Positions 27,752 through 54,237 of a stretch of DNA of 64,000 nucleotides are shown here, one piece after another. Position 1 is the stretch's first letter, and each line of letters opens with the position of its first letter. Origin of the DNA: Chrysomallon squamiferum (taxonomy: Eukaryota > Animalia > Mollusca); assembly GCA_012295275.1 (NCBI GenBank), contig CM022672.1, positions 16,616,001-16,680,000 of the forward strand, in the 5' to 3' direction. A model generated the notes under the pieces. That model worked only from the letters and a program-made list of their open reading frames with translations. It ran no database searches and was not told where the DNA came from. The position numbers and the translations under genes were made by a program.

Positions 27752-30700
27752 AAACATACAATAATATAGTAACGATAACAGAAATGACTAGAAAACAGTT
27801 GCAACAACGACAAAAGCAATATCATAAACGTATGATTATCGTTTATTTGATAAAAATAAAAATAATGACAATGATGATAAACATTACGACTACGACTACG
27901 ACGAAGATGATAATGTCGAACACCGCTTTTTACTTTCAGTTCAATTTTGCGGTATTAACCGTTAAATTATACTCTGACATCGAAGCCGCCAAATGTCTGA
28001 TTCAACTTGCACGCCTTCAGACCAAGCACCGGATAATCTCTTTGATTTTGCAGTTTTGAGATTTCTGTCTCCGGGATCTATCTCGTTTCTTACAGGCAAT
28101 TTTTTTCTCTCCAATGCCACTTACTTAGCACATATTTCCGTTAATCAGTAAACATGATAAACCTTCTTATTTCTTTTCGCAGATTCCGCTTAGCTGCAAT
28201 TATTCATGGATCTGACAAGATCAGTTGTTTACGATAGACGACACTTCCACTGGTGAGGTTAGAAAAATGATCCTTTGTGATTAAAATTAATTAAATTAAT
28301 ACATTTTTTCCCCCCAATTCTTTGAACATTTTAATAATAAAATTGGCTTTAGAAATGTCGATGTTAAATCCAGTTACGGAAATTTCGTTTTTAAATGGTA
28401 CCATCCATTAAAATATTAAGATAAGCTTACTTTTGTTGCGTTTTTTTATTTATTTTTTCTCATTGCATTAGTTTGTTTTGTAAACAGAACATATCATCAT
28501 CAGACGCTCAGATTCATACGCAAGCCACACACACACACACACACACACACATACGCATATATACGAATACACACAAAATATACATGTAGACACACACAAA
28601 CCTAAACGAATATGGTCATAAGTTAATGGTTTTGTATTCCATGTTAATTAATTTCGTTGGTTGTTCACTAAACTACATATCAAATAAAGAATATGTAAAT
28701 AAATTGAAAATGTTTTATGTGCCTTGTTTTGTTTTGTTTTATTGTTGTTTTTTTTTAATTTAGTAGCTAATGGCTATTTCAATATTTTTCAGAACTAATT
28801 GAAAAATATTTAGAAAAAAACATGTTGTAATTAAGGTTAAAACAAAACCAACAAAACAAAATAATAATAATAATGATGATGATGGTGATTATTATTATTA
28901 TACCGATGATGATAATAATAATGACGATGATAATAACTCCATAATCATACTAAAAATAAAATAACAAATATTATTCTTCGGAAAAATGACATAAGCTCAC
29001 TAACCCCCCCACAAAAAACCCCCCCCCAAACCCCCCCCCAGAAAAAACTGGTAATAAATATCGAACGTTATAATAACAATTCGAGTGAAAACCCTTCAGT
29101 TTTTGAGGTGTCTCGAGAAGCTGTTTTATAAATAGTCGACGTCTTTAAACGTCTGTGAGTCAAGACTACTTTTCTTTCTGCCGCTCTTTCAACTCTTATC
29201 GTCTTGTTACTGGTTCTCCTAAACACAGATGTTTTTGTCACAGTTTAGTGTTTATCGGTGTGAAATAATTATGCTTTTTCTGACTGCTGCTGTCCATTAG
29301 AGTTATTATTGCCCAGATTTCTATTGTCAGACGAGGTCTAAATATGATGTTGCATCACGTATTACTTCCAGGGCTTCAGAAAACATATAAAACGTAAAAA
29401 AAAGGTATACGCCTTCATTTGGTTGTACTTTTTAAGATTACGTGGATTTCATCATAAAAATAAAATATGTGTATATATATATGTCTGTTTTAAAAACTGG
29501 ATATAGTTTTTGCAAGTCTAATCCTGGCCTTGGCGCCTAACTTCCGGAAATACGTCATATTTCATAGACTGCATCAAAATGTCTAAGGTCTTTCTTTCTA
29601 AAACGATCAATAGTTGATTTAAGAAACGTTTTGAAAAGCAATATTACATGCAAGATTAGATAAGGACAATAAATAAAAGTTATAATAATATTATTAACAA
29701 CAACAACAACAACACAACAACAATAATAATAACAACAATAAGAACAAAAATAACAACAGTAATAATAATAATAAAAAACAAAATGCCACTACTATTACTA
29801 TTGCTACTACAACAGTAGCGGTGAATAAATACATAAAATTAATTTTAAAAAAATAAAAACGGTACACTGAGGATTACCAATGATTACTTCCACACACATA
29901 CATATATATACAAGCGCACCCATACATACACCCAAAGACACATACATAATTACACACACCCACACCCTTCCATACACAAATAACCATACTGAGAAAAAAA
30001 GAGTAAAAACATGCATTTACACTATCAGTAACAGTCCTTTTATATAGATATAGTGGTAATAACGTATAGGTCATGACGAGTTTATCTTTAGAGTTGATCA
30101 AGTCACCCTTCAAGCTTGGTGGCAGCCCTGACAGATATTTAATTATCTTTACTTCATCTTAATTATAAATGATTAAGGTTACAGTGCTTCGTTCATTCAC
30201 GTCCACAAAGTGTCTTGTAACAAATACAAAACTTCTGAAAGGAGGTCGTTAAGCTTTAACGGAATTTGTGGTCAAAAACCTCTGAAAACGATGTTAGAAA
30301 GTGTTGAATGTTTGTGTAATAATGCATTATTTTTATATGATAGATTATTGTCAAACATATAGATTTTTGTGTAATAATGATGTACGATGGAAACAAACAG
30401 ATTCTGCGGATCAATTAGAAGAAGAGGATTCTGTATAGGTATTTCTCTTTGGAAAAGACATGGAGTGCCTTTTATAAACATGTCGTGGAATACATAGAGG
30501 GAAGGAGACAAACGGAGACACAAATAAGGAACCACTCATGTCTGACAGCTAACAACTGAGCTGATACTTAGAAACTGATTAAGTCATGTGTTTGCTAACG
30601 GAAAAATATTTTAAATAGCGAAATAAAAATAAAAATAAACGTTATAATGAAGATATCATGTAAACGTTTTCTTTTTCTGTGAATATATTTAAGCAGAAAA

Positions 30701-30776
30701 TTGTAACTTAGAGATTAGAAAGTCTTGATTGGTTGGTTGATAAACACTTTTCAGAGTTCATATTTCCGATTTCTAA

Positions 30777-30915
30777 TTCCAGCCAGTGCTCCACGAATGG
30801 TGTAAGGTAAATCTGGTATCTGCTTTCCTATGCATGTGTAGATACATATAATAACATTTCTTGCTGATAACTGAAAAGAATAGCCCTTCTACTGGTGAAA
30901 ACGGGTTTCCCATGT
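30777..30915 (+). mobile_element. Degenerate SINE central domain (Meta-SINE-like)
   Basis: CCAGCCAGTGCTCCACG..TGGT..CATATAA..CTTGCTG.TAA..GAAAAGA.TAGCCC..CGGGTTTCC resembles the molluscan Meta-domain SINE as recalled; related to the copy near 63011 on the opposite strand. Confidence 0.6.
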
Positions 30916-33183
30916 CCTATCGTTATCATTTTTGAAATCTAGCGTACTGTTAATATTAAAATGTACTGACAGTAACTTATGGATTCATTCAGAGAATCAC
31001 GTATATAAATCTGTTTATATACACTGCATAGAAATTGTATCACAAAGCTTAAAACGAACTTGACAATGTTAATATATAAACAGGCATGTTCTTAAATGAG
31101 TTTATATGTTAACTGCTCTCGTTTCAGCAATACAAATGTTAATTTAAAATTTAAAATTACAATCAACTTTTTAAAACAGATATTATATTCTATTCTGCAC
31201 TGTTTTAATGATATTGCTATTTATTATTTAATTTTTAATTGATTTGTTTTTAATTAATGTTCGTTTCTTTAGGCAATGCATGTATGTATGTATGTATGTG
31301 TGTGCGCGTGCGCATGTATGTGTGTATGCATGTTTGTATGTGTATGTGTGTGTGTGTGTGCGTGCGCATGTATGTATGTATGTATGCATGCTAGCACGTT
31401 TCTATATATCTGTCTGTTTATCTGCTTATCTACCACCATTCTAAAACATGAAATGTGAAGAGGAAGAAAGAGGCTCTAATTTGTGGTTTTCTTTTTTTCT
31501 CACCTTTTCAAGTCAGCAAAGCCTAACAGTATGGTAAATAAATAAACAAAGACCCCCCACAAAAAAAAAATTCAACAACAAATAAATAAATAAATGGATA
31601 GATAGATAAATAAATAAATACATACGTAATATTATATACATATATACAGATATACACACACACACACACACATACATACATATATAACATAAATATAAAT
31701 AAGTAGATAGACAAATAAAAATACGACCAATTAAATGAATGAATGAATAAATAAATAAATTAACAAATAAATGAAGACAGACAGGCAGACCGAAACGAAC
31801 GAAAAGAAACTCTACAGTTACTACTATTATGTAGACAGGAAAACTATTATACAAGTTTCACACACACACAAACAAGAACAAATAAAAATAAGTAGACTTT
31901 TTATGTCCGCCCGGGATTTCGTTTAATCGTTACCATTTTGGTTCCAGCCGTCTACGTTATTTTATTAACGATATGTATTGACTCGCTAATGGCTCCAATT
32001 GCCGTATCTGGACACAGTGTTTTGATCAGCTGTCATTTGTAGAATCAAACACATTTATTTGGCTCGCTCTGATGATTGACGTTATTGATTTCGTGTTTCT
32101 CTCATCGATTCGGTGCTTTTAGCAATTCCCTGTTTCCAAAACCATGTTTATGTATCGGTGAATTTAAAGGTTCACACGGGAGCTGGAGTGACGTTTTTAT
32201 TACGTGAGAATTCATCAGGCAGTGACGTTTTAAACACACAAGTTTAAACCTTTGATTTATTATTTATTCCTATCGATGTTTTTAATGTTATCGATGTTGT
32301 TATCGATATTTTTATCGATGTTTTTAATTTTAATTTTAATTCTAATTGATTATTATTATTATTTTTTTAATGTTTCTAATATACATAATAAAAAACTGAA
32401 GGTATCCTATTATTCAAAATTACAACTTCAGGTTTAATAACAACAGCAGCAGCAACAACAACAGTAATAATAATATGCTAATAATGACAATCAAAGTAAT
32501 AACACTACCATCACAAGCTCACAGCCATTACTCAGAACAACAACACTAACACTAATAATAAAAATAATACAGACAAACACAAAGATAGACGGACATATGT
32601 GGAGAAAGACAGAAAGACAGATTGTTAGATAAACAGATAGATAAGAAGACAGATATATAAAGTTCACGAAAGAAAACCAGAAATAATAATATAAAGCATG
32701 TAACAACAACACAAATAGTCATATTATCAATGTCAAAAAAACCAACAAAAAAACCCAAACAAATTAAAATTATAACGTTGTAACAATAAATCGTAAGGAC
32801 AAAATTAAATAAATCCCAAATCTTTTAGCACATTCCATTTTTGTATATTTATTATTAATTTAAACAAATCAACAGAACGGAACAAAGACGTATTTTACGT
32901 ACACATGTTTTTAACTTGTAGACTGTTATCAAAATTCATTCTCAAATCTACAAAGGTGATAAGCAAACTACTGTTATCTACAGTTTTTCAGCATCTGGCA
33001 TGTCGCGAGAAATTTCCCATTTGTTTTATCTGGTATTAAATATTTTTATACATTCTGAACTGATATCATAGCTCCACCTAGGCAGAGATATTCACGGTTT
33101 TCATGTCATGAATTTGAAAGTTTAAATTAAATATAATTTTTCAAAACAGCGCTCATTTCCTGTAGCTATCTCGACGACAAACC

Positions 33184-44389
<11,206 letters not shown>

Positions 44390-44440
44390 CTGCAGTGATT
44401 ACGTTTTTGTTAGAAGCACTGCATCCATTAAAACATGAGA

Positions 44441-44446
44441 AATAAA
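44441..44446 (+). promoter_or_regulatory. Polyadenylation signal AATAAA of the ShKT-VWC gene
   Basis: AATAAA about 50 nt after the stop, with ATTAAA just upstream and a T-rich tract downstream. Confidence 0.55.
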
Positions 44447-46959
44447 ATGATTTTGGATATGTTATCTTTGTTTTTTTTTTTTTTTATATTTTAAAATAGT
44501 TTCTTACGGTTCTTCCATTCAAACGAGATCTGATGAGACCGGTTCAGACAATAACTATACGTTTAATTTAAGACGCAGTTGAGGTGTAATGTACAGATCC
44601 TATAAACGAATAATGAAACACATGTAAGAACATATTTTTAATCTACAGTATGCGGCGAATGTAAGGTTTACACCGATAATGAGAAGTGAAACGTGTTCCC
44701 GTTTAACGAAGAACTATACTGTTCTCAAACACCAGCAAAGAATATTTTGACAGTTCATACAACTTATTATATAACTCAAGTTTGTTGGCCTCAGAACAGA
44801 AATAAAATAAACAGTCTGTTGACAAAGATCAAATAGAACGTTTTATCGTCGTTTTTAGATGTCAACTGTCTGTAATTTTGATAGTCCAGAAGATACTATC
44901 AAGGAATGATGATTTAATAAGCTGGAAAATTTTATATAGTGTTTTACTAATCATATAAATTTGAAAAGCGGCATTCTTGTTGTACGGGTAATACATTTTA
45001 TTTATTTATTTATTTATCCGGGTCAGAAGATATGTGTACCACAGTACTTTGATTACAGCAATGATAAGTACAGTTTCATTAATTTAAAACAAACTGAAAT
45101 TGACCCCTGACATTTTATATAACCTTTTTATTTCTTACACTTGCGGCTCGTTATAACAAGATTATTTAGAAGAAAATTGCTTTTGTCGAGGCCAGCATAC
45201 AAACTGCTATTTACCGTGCTAATTATGTATAATTTGATTAAAAGTTTCTCGGTCAAACTAACTTTCATGTTACCTAGCGGTCATGTCGTTCCCAACAATT
45301 AAACGAACACTGAACGGGTTTATAGAGATCTTACAGCTATTAGAGTAGTCGCCCTTTTTCCGTAGTTATCGGATTACTTTAAGAGATGAATCATTAGGTG
45401 CTTAACAAAAAATCAGCGTGAGCAATCATATTTTTGATATCGATGTACTCTGTCTCGAATATTATACAAATTACTGATTAATTCTAGTAAAGTTGACGTT
45501 GCTTCGTGGGGAAAAAAATAGCAATAATCTTTATAATTATAATATAAATAATAAGCGTACAAATTACACATAATCTAATTGCACTTTGACCATTTAAAAG
45601 AATCTGCAGCTAAATTATTTAATATCAGGGCCGGATTTAGGATTTCAGAAAATGTGGGTGGGCTTCATTATCGAGGTGGATTTAACTTTCAATACCAGTT
45701 GAATTCATTAATGACTAGGCCTATCATTCGTTTTAAATATGATTACAAAATAACCATAATTATTAAGATAACTAAACATAGGGCAGCTGAACATTTAATG
45801 AAAATATAAAATAAAATAATAAGAAATAAACATAACTGTTTATATATCAGTAAAAGTTCAGTAAAGGTTACTTGATAAATGTGACATATAGCAAACGGTT
45901 ACTATGCCAGATTGAAATTTAGAGTTCTCTCCCTTAGATATTTTTTTTTGCTGTTTTCTATTTGTTTTTTTTTTAATTATGTTTAATCACTAATAAAATA
46001 ATTTTATTGAATATTTCGGAACTCAGATGAAAATTATATTGATTCTTATATTGAAATACATGTGGTTGTCACACATAATTCCTAATCGATAACTGATTTC
46101 GAAGCTTTTGAAGTGTAACATCTGTTTGCTTGTTTTGGGTTACCGTTCCAGATGTTTGTAACTGTCACCGTTAATATTATATATGGAATGTAGATCAGTT
46201 ATTCTGAAATCAATAGCGCTATGATGGCAGTATGCACATAGTTCAGTTAACAATAAAATCGTCATTGTGGTATGCAGCATAACAAATGTGACATACTCTT
46301 TCAGTTACAAAATCTGTTTTGACGTAAAGAATATGAAACATTTTAGCATATACAAGTAAGATTTTTATACGTAACAAATTTATTTTATATTTATATAATA
46401 CTCCCATATCGATTATTATATTAGTGTATTCTAAATAAATATTCTAAACAGGGTATGACTAATATGTTAAGTGCATTAAGTATATACAGAAAAACAAGAA
46501 CAGAGAAAAACATAAAGATAATGATATTTTATCTGTACGTGTGTGTATGTGTTTGTGTGTTACATATTAAAACAGGTATGGAGAAAAAGAAAGCGAGACA
46601 GACAGAAAAAAAAAAAAGGAATCTGATAAGCTCATGAGAGAATTTCTATCACTGTATATAATTATTTATGCTCCAATAAACCAAGCTAAATATTCCATTT
46701 ACAAATATGATAATTTATATCATTTATGGCGTTTTTATTAATTTAATTGTTTGTCCCTACTGACACAGCGCACGTCAAAGCTTGCAAACGGTTGTATTGG
46801 AAAAGCTAACACCACAGTTCTTCTGTGTACGTCTCTTTCTGACACCTGGTCCATCACTGGACGTTAGTGATTTTAAAGTCTACTCGATGTGACATACAGC
46901 ACTTTAAGGCGTGCCTAATTGTATTTATGGAAACCAGTGGTGAAAATTCATTAATGATA

Positions 46960-47560
46960 ATAGCCAATAGTAGAAAAATAATTGTAGCAGTAGTTGCATT
47001 AGCTGTGGTAATAATATCAAAAGCCATTTATTACTAGTAATTTTAGTAGAAAAATAAGAACAGTAGAAAAAAAGTAATAGCTGTTGAGATAGTAATACTA
47101 ATCGTAGAAGTAATACTAAAAGATGACTAGTGTTAGTAATTGAGCAGTAGTAGTTTTAGAACTAGTAGGAATATTAGTAGTAGGGTTATAATACAGTAGT
47201 AGCAATATTAGTACTGTTAGAATATAGTAGTAGTTTTAGAACTAGTAACAATAGTAGTAGTTTCAGAACTAGTAATAATAGTAGTAGTGTTAGAATACAG
47301 TAGTAGGAATATTAGTAGTAGCAGTAATAATAATAGTAGTAGAAGCAACAGGATGGTTATGTAGTTATATCGGTAGCTGTTATAGTAGTAATATTAGTAT
47401 TAATAGAACTGTTAATAATGAAGTAATAGTAGTGACAGTAGTAGCAACAGTAGCAGTAGACCCAGACGTGGCCGCAGTTGTCACAGTAACAGTAATGGAA
47501 GTAGAAGTCATATATAACAATATTAATAATAATAGTAATTAAAATAATAGTTCAGCAGTT
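46960..47560. repeat. Degenerate (TAG/TAA)n low-complexity tract with a short internal repeat (TAGTAGTTTTAGAACTAGTA)
   Basis: Directly visible; lies just upstream of the putative K2P promoter. Confidence 0.75.
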
Positions 47561-47752
47561 AATATAGTTCTTCAGTAGCGAAAACCCGAGTGTGTGTATT
47601 TTCTCAGGCTTTTTTTCATACAGCAATGAGCAGGCTGCGTTCCTTATTATTCAACACTAACTCACCACTGAGTGAGTGAGTGAGTGAGCAGACCGTTCTG
47701 TATGATGCTTAAACGATACGCCTGAAGCAGAATTTGCTTGGCGATAATTCTC

Positions 47753-47923
47753 TATAAATAATGGACCCGGCATGTTTCATCACTGTTGATAAACGAACTG
47801 CTGGTGAATACGGATGTGATGTTAGACATAAAACGAGTTAATGCAATATTAACAAGCAAAAAGATCATTTATCAACAGCTGCGCTCCGGAGTCTGACAAA
47901 TAGAGTTATGGCAGCAGAGAAAG
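47753..47923 (+). promoter_or_regulatory. Putative core promoter and first exon of the K2P channel (coding 47908-47923, MAAEK)
   Basis: TATAAATA at 47753, Inr-like TCACTG with its A 29 nt downstream (47782), ATG GCA GCA GAG AAA G and a consensus donor aag/gtaagt. Phase 1 matches the acceptor at 62172. Confidence 0.55.
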
Positions 47924-50900
47924 GTAAGTCTATTGATTTTTTTTGTTTGTTTTCTTATATTACATGTCAAGAGATAGCTGTTATGTAGTTTCCGTTACTT
48001 CATCTTCAGGGAAAATCGTTGTGGTTAGCTGTAATGGCAATGCATGCAGTAATAGTGGTAGCCACTGATGTTAGGCGTTAGTGCTAGTAACAATAGTAGT
48101 TCGAAGTAGTAGTAATAATAATAGTTGTTGTAGTTGCAGTAGTAATAGTTGAAGCAGTAATAGAAGTAATAGTAAAGTGCTGAAATAAAAATGTTAAAAT
48201 TTTATTTTTATATTTCTTAACAATAATAACAACAACAACAACAACAACAACAACAATAATAATAATAAATTATGGTGATTTTGATGTTGTTGATGATGAT
48301 AATAATAATAATATTAAATCATAATAATAACAATATTAATAACCAGCACCAAATTAACCTTTTTTAACACTTGCCTTATTAAATCAGCGTTTTTGTCAAA
48401 ACTGTATGGAAAGCAGAGGTTTTGAACATGATGGAAGAAAGTATTAAATTATCTACATCAAACATAAGTAAATCGAACATATGGACAATTAATTCTGAAT
48501 AAAATCTTGTTGTAGGAATCGTCACTAGCACACGACTAAAGTGTAATCGTAATATATTATTAATGATTAAAGATGACAGTGTATATCGATAAATTCGATG
48601 ACATTACTTTGATGGTTTAAAGCGCCTGTTTGATGACTTCGTTTTACTTGTAAATAACTGAGCAACCAATGATGTTCAGTTATATTCTTATTTCTTTAGA
48701 GTTCTGGCAATCTATCCATCAATATTTTTTTTTTTTTTAAATAAAAGCAAATATTCTGAATATTATTTTACTTTAAAAAAGTTCCATGAATAAATTTAAA
48801 TAAATTTAAATAAATAAAATTTAAAAAACACGTAAACAAATTAATAAATACATTCAAGATGTGAATATACATATAAATAAATGGCTTATAAATAAATATA
48901 TGTAAATAAATAAATGAAAATAAATATAGATATAAATCAATAAAATAAATAAGAAAACGAATGAAAATCAGTATATAAATAAACACATCATAAATAAATA
49001 AATAGATATGAGGAATTGGGAATACAGAAAGTAAAAACCTGATATTATCTACGTTTTACCCGCATATTTTGTATGCATAATTTAACATACTCAGGAAAAT
49101 ATACACCACGGCCTTCGACAGTTATCGAATACTAATTGGAACAAAAATAACCAATTAAACGTACAGAAGAATATTGCACATCAATAAATTAACAAAGTTA
49201 AAGAAACTTTATATAAAATTTTTATATATATATATTTAAAGAAAAACAAATATGAAACTATAAAATTTGGACTAATTCTAATTTTTAAAATATCACAAAC
49301 AGAGCAAGATGAATAACAAATTCTCACCAGTATGTAACAAAATTAACATTATTTATTCCTATCAAGAATGAAAATGTACTTAACAACATCTCAGTGTACA
49401 ATGTATTTTTTATAATAATGATATTATTTTGAAATTTTATATATATGCATTTCCCTATAGAAAAAACCCAACAGAAACACAAAAATCACAAATAAACCCT
49501 AGTGGGGCTCGCTGGACATGCACACCTCGCTATCTGTGTAGAGCACCTCACAGGTTTTTTTTAATTCTTTTAACACGAAAATGGCAGAAACAATATAGTG
49601 TGGTGAACAATCAGTCAACACACACAGACCACACACCACTTCAGTTGCAGTGCAGTAGAATTCGTGTTTACACGTGCATTTAGTCGTGTTCGTGTTTTTC
49701 TTATTGTGAAAAGAGGATGCATGTTTTACTGCAGATCTATTTTGAGTAATATAATTAGTATTTTATGATGCTTGAAATGTCAGTGTACTTAATAGTACTG
49801 AGCCAGGGATGTTAATTAAATACGTCTTGATGTATTAAACGTGGATGATTTTTGGATAAATGAAAGGATGTCCAGAAACTGCTCTGATATTTTTGAAATA
49901 GATGATTTATGTATTTACTTGTCGGAAATTAAACTGTAATAGATGCAAAGGGTTGCTCGTAAATTTAAGATTTAAAAAGTTTCGTAATACAAGATCTGAC
50001 GAGAAGTATGACATGTTTCGTTGTATACACTTTATCTAGATAACATTTATACACATAAACACAATATTAAGGAGAAATAAAAAATGATAATGTGCATTTA
50101 ATGTTGTTACTATTACTACAGCTTTCATCATTTCTACAGTTATTACTCCTATTATTTTTGCTACTATTACAAGAACTACCACTAATAATAAAAACAGTAC
50201 AATGTAATGGTGATGATAACAGTAATTTATATTATTTAAATTAGTACAGTGCTACTATTACAACTATTACAACTGCTTTTAATACTACTACTGCTATCAC
50301 CACGACCACTACTACTAGATATTAAAATAATATTATTACTACTACCACTACTACCGCTAGTATCACCATTACGGCAACTACTACTTCTACTACTACAAAC
50401 AATAATAATCATAAAGGAAATATCAGTAATAAAACAAACAAAATACAATTATTACATACAAACTAATCAAAATAGACTACAATGAAATAAGAGTAAAAAG
50501 ATTCATCATTTTATTTGTCCGTCTAACAGATATTCATTATTTTATTTCCCATGCCGGTAACATTCATTTCTGAACGCTATAAAGAAGACGATTTCGACTA
50601 TTTCTAATGTCTTAATCATCCTATTTTAAAGGGCATACAAATATACATTATATTTTAAATATTAATGTGGTAAAGATTTTTGCGTATTTTTACAAACAAA
50701 TAAAACGATACATATCAGAGCCTCCCACTTGAATTCAAGCACCATCATCGTTTCGAGGGGAAAAGTTTGTTTCCCACAGCCACAAGAAAAACATACGATG
50801 CGACATATAAAAACAGTGAGAGGTTATGTGTTGACGTTTCCCTCGACTCAAACACGTAATAGTTTCTTGTTATTGATCGTATACCAAGGCCTCTGACACT

Positions 50901-51677
50901 GCTTTCATTTCTATTTCCAAATGACTGATCTTGCATTTGCATTTAAAACCGAGAAAATTATAAACGGGCTTTTATTAATAATCCATGACACTGAGGTATT
51001 GTATTACTTACTTTATATTTTATTTATTAGCCGAGTTTGTTTTTATTGGTGTTTGATGAGCTATTAAAGGGATCAATAAAAACATTTCACACAGATCTGC
51101 ATTACAGTTATTATTTTTCAAACTGCATTTCCTTGCGTAATGAAAATGAACATACCCTGGTGATTTCTAGTGTTACAGACTTTTCTAAATGATATGACAA
51201 AAGGAAACACACGTAGATGATTCGAAACGTGCGCGTTGTCGTAGTACGCGTATTTTATTTCCGTACGTCGTGACAGTGTGGTAAGATTGTTGCAGTGTAG
51301 ACTGTCAGCGTGTTTTGTTTTACAGTTTGTCGGAGTAGTTATTAAATTATTAAATTTGTTATCAGCAAAAACTGGTAACAATTAGAAGCACATAAAATAT
51401 TACTCAAAGCCCTAAAATCTATTTGATTAATATTTTATGTTAAGTAAAAATATTTTACTTAATGTATATGACAACAGAGCCAGATTATGACTATTTTACA
51501 TTGTTTTTCGAAGCGCATACAGCAGACAGGTACTTACATATCTATATGTTTTCATAAATGTACTTGGACTACCATACATCGGTGCATACATTGGTATCTT
51601 CAGCTTGTTCACTGCATTCTTGAATCACAGATTTATCTTCAACAACAGGCTTGTTCACAGAGAATCCAGCACAGTAT

Positions 51678-51740
<63 letters not shown>

Positions 51741-53334
51741 GTCCGTCATTTCTTAAGTAACATTTCAGACAGACACAATTTTTGTTTCATTTAATATGAA
51801 AAATAATATTTTGTCAGATTACTGATTCTTCCTTTTTTAAATAAAAATAATAGGGGCGATCTTCCTTTGGTAATCAGTAATAAGCGCACGCAGTTTCCTC
51901 TCTCTTGATTAAAATAAATATATTTTTGATTAATATTCAGTATTTGTGATATTTTATACGATCTTTTACATTTTTTTTTTTTTTAACATCAAAACAATAA
52001 ATCATAACAAAATTCCGAGAAATACTACTGACTTGAATTTACGAACCACGTTTAGAAGACTACCATATTCTTTTATATGTAGTATTTGTTTATGTTATAC
52101 ATGAAAGTAATTCTGTAATTATCCTTCCACTTATTTACACTTAAAAGACATGCTTGGTACTTTGTTCTCGGTAAAAGTTTTATTAACATAAAACATAAAA
52201 TAACCATCATACGAACTATAATACAGTGTCGCCGCTTAACCTTTGGCTCTATTAACATACCAGAGAAATAGGACATTACTTCGCTCTGGGTTAACAATTG
52301 TTTATTAAGTTTTCAAAGCGATGCTTTTTCCGTTGTTCGCATTCAACAATGTCATTTAGTTGATAAACAAATCCAATATTTATTAATTTCTTTATTTAAG
52401 TTAATTTTATTAATTATTTAAAGTGTATTACGTACTTTATGTGTATAGAGACATACACGCATGAACACATCCCTACACAGGCGTATACCGATAGGGACTG
52501 CACATATATATATATAAACAGACAGAAAAACAGAGACCTAGATGTAAGTTGAAAATAAATAAATAAATAAATAGTAGTAGATAGACAGATAGAGAGATAG
52601 ACAGACAGATAGACAGATAGATAGATAATATATAGATAGACAGACAGATAGACAGATAGATAATATATAGATAGATAAATAGATAGATTGATAGACGGAT
52701 ACATAGATAGACAGATAAACACATAGATAATTAAATAAATAAATAAATAAATAAATAAACCGAGCATTATTCTATCGAGTTATATTTTTCATTATAATAA
52801 AATTAATTATCTCTTATTTATCTTATTTATCTCCATTAGTCATTTCTGAAGTACTTGACGTAGATGTTTTGGTTTTTAGAAAGCAGATGTTTAATCTGCG
52901 CACACATCTATTTGAACTAGCAACATTTACACAATCATCGATGTAGAAGCCGTCATAAGCCTGCAGTTCATTCATTTTCTCTTTTAGAAAAAAGTAACGC
53001 TAAAAGGAGGAAAAAAAGCCAAAGAAAAATAGTAAGATAAAAAAGTTATGACGGATGTTAAGACAGAAAATTCAGTTTTTTCTTTCTTCAGTTATTTCGG
53101 TGATTCAGTATGTACTTATGTAAAGAAAAAAAACTCCCAAAATATTAATAATATATGTTAAGCATGCTTCTTAACAGCATTAATCTAAATTGGCAGTAAC
53201 AACTAATCCAAAGAACGTAAAACAACTGTCTTTAAACTGTATACAACTTTCGTGTTTATAGATCAAACACATAACATTTGTTTGTCATTTCATATCATGT
53301 GCACTCCCCATATGTTTTTGACTTAATTTGTATA

Positions 53335-53560
53335 TCATGGAGTATAGTTTGTCAGTGCAGTATAGTTTTTCTGTTGAATATGGTTTGTCAGTACAGTATG
53401 GTATGTCAGTATAGTACAGTTTATCTGAGGAGTGTAGTGTGTCAATACAATTTGTCAATATGGTTTGTCACTACAGCGTTGTTAGTCAGTATAGTATAGT
53501 TTATCAGTGGCATGTCCTTTGTCAGTATAATATATTTTGTCGGTACAGCGACATTTGTGA
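53335..53560. repeat. Degenerate 18-bp minisatellite
   Basis: Consensus approximately AGTATAGTTTGTCAGTAC. Confidence 0.7.
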
Positions 53561-54032
53561 AGTGTAGTTCTTCGTGATTTGTATGCATAGAAGGATTTAT
53601 GGACATAATAAAAATTATTTACATAACACGTTTTTCTGTAGGATACAGTTTTTCAGTGTTATATCACTTGCCGTTGTAACTGGGAACTGCGAGCTGTTTA
53701 TATATTTAACATAATTATTTTGTTATTAGTCATATTACTTCCGTCTTTTTGTTTTGATATTTAATATTTTATTTAACTGTTCAAACGTTTTTGGACTTGA
53801 AAAATATATGAAAGGTAACTTGATCTTCTAAAACATTTTTTTTTTTTTTTTTAAATTATCAAAATAAGACGTTGTAAAGCTATCAACATAACTCGTAATG
53901 GTCTGAGAAAGATTAACTAGCATGCATTTTTTTTCATCTGTTTCTAACTTTTAATTGTAAAAACAAACTGCTCGAGAAGTCAGAAAGAAAGAATGTTAGC
54001 GAGTGTGAGAAAAAACAAGTAACTAACAAACT

Positions 54033-54047
54033 GATAGATAGATAGAT

Positions 54048-54098
<51 letters not shown>

Positions 54099-54154
54099 GA
54101 TAGATAGATAGATGATAGATAGATGATAGATAGATAGATGATAGATAGATAGAT

Positions 54155-54205
<51 letters not shown>

Positions 54206-54206
54206 G

Positions 54207-54237
<31 letters not shown>

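Noticed and set aside
45626-45725. CAGGGCCGGATTTAGG resembling a hAT/MITE terminus
   Set aside because: No matching opposite terminus or target-site duplication found.
47761-47923. Longer N-terminal extension from ATG 47761, in frame with MAAEK
   Set aside because: In-frame TAA at 47839, and the ATG lies upstream of the predicted transcription start.
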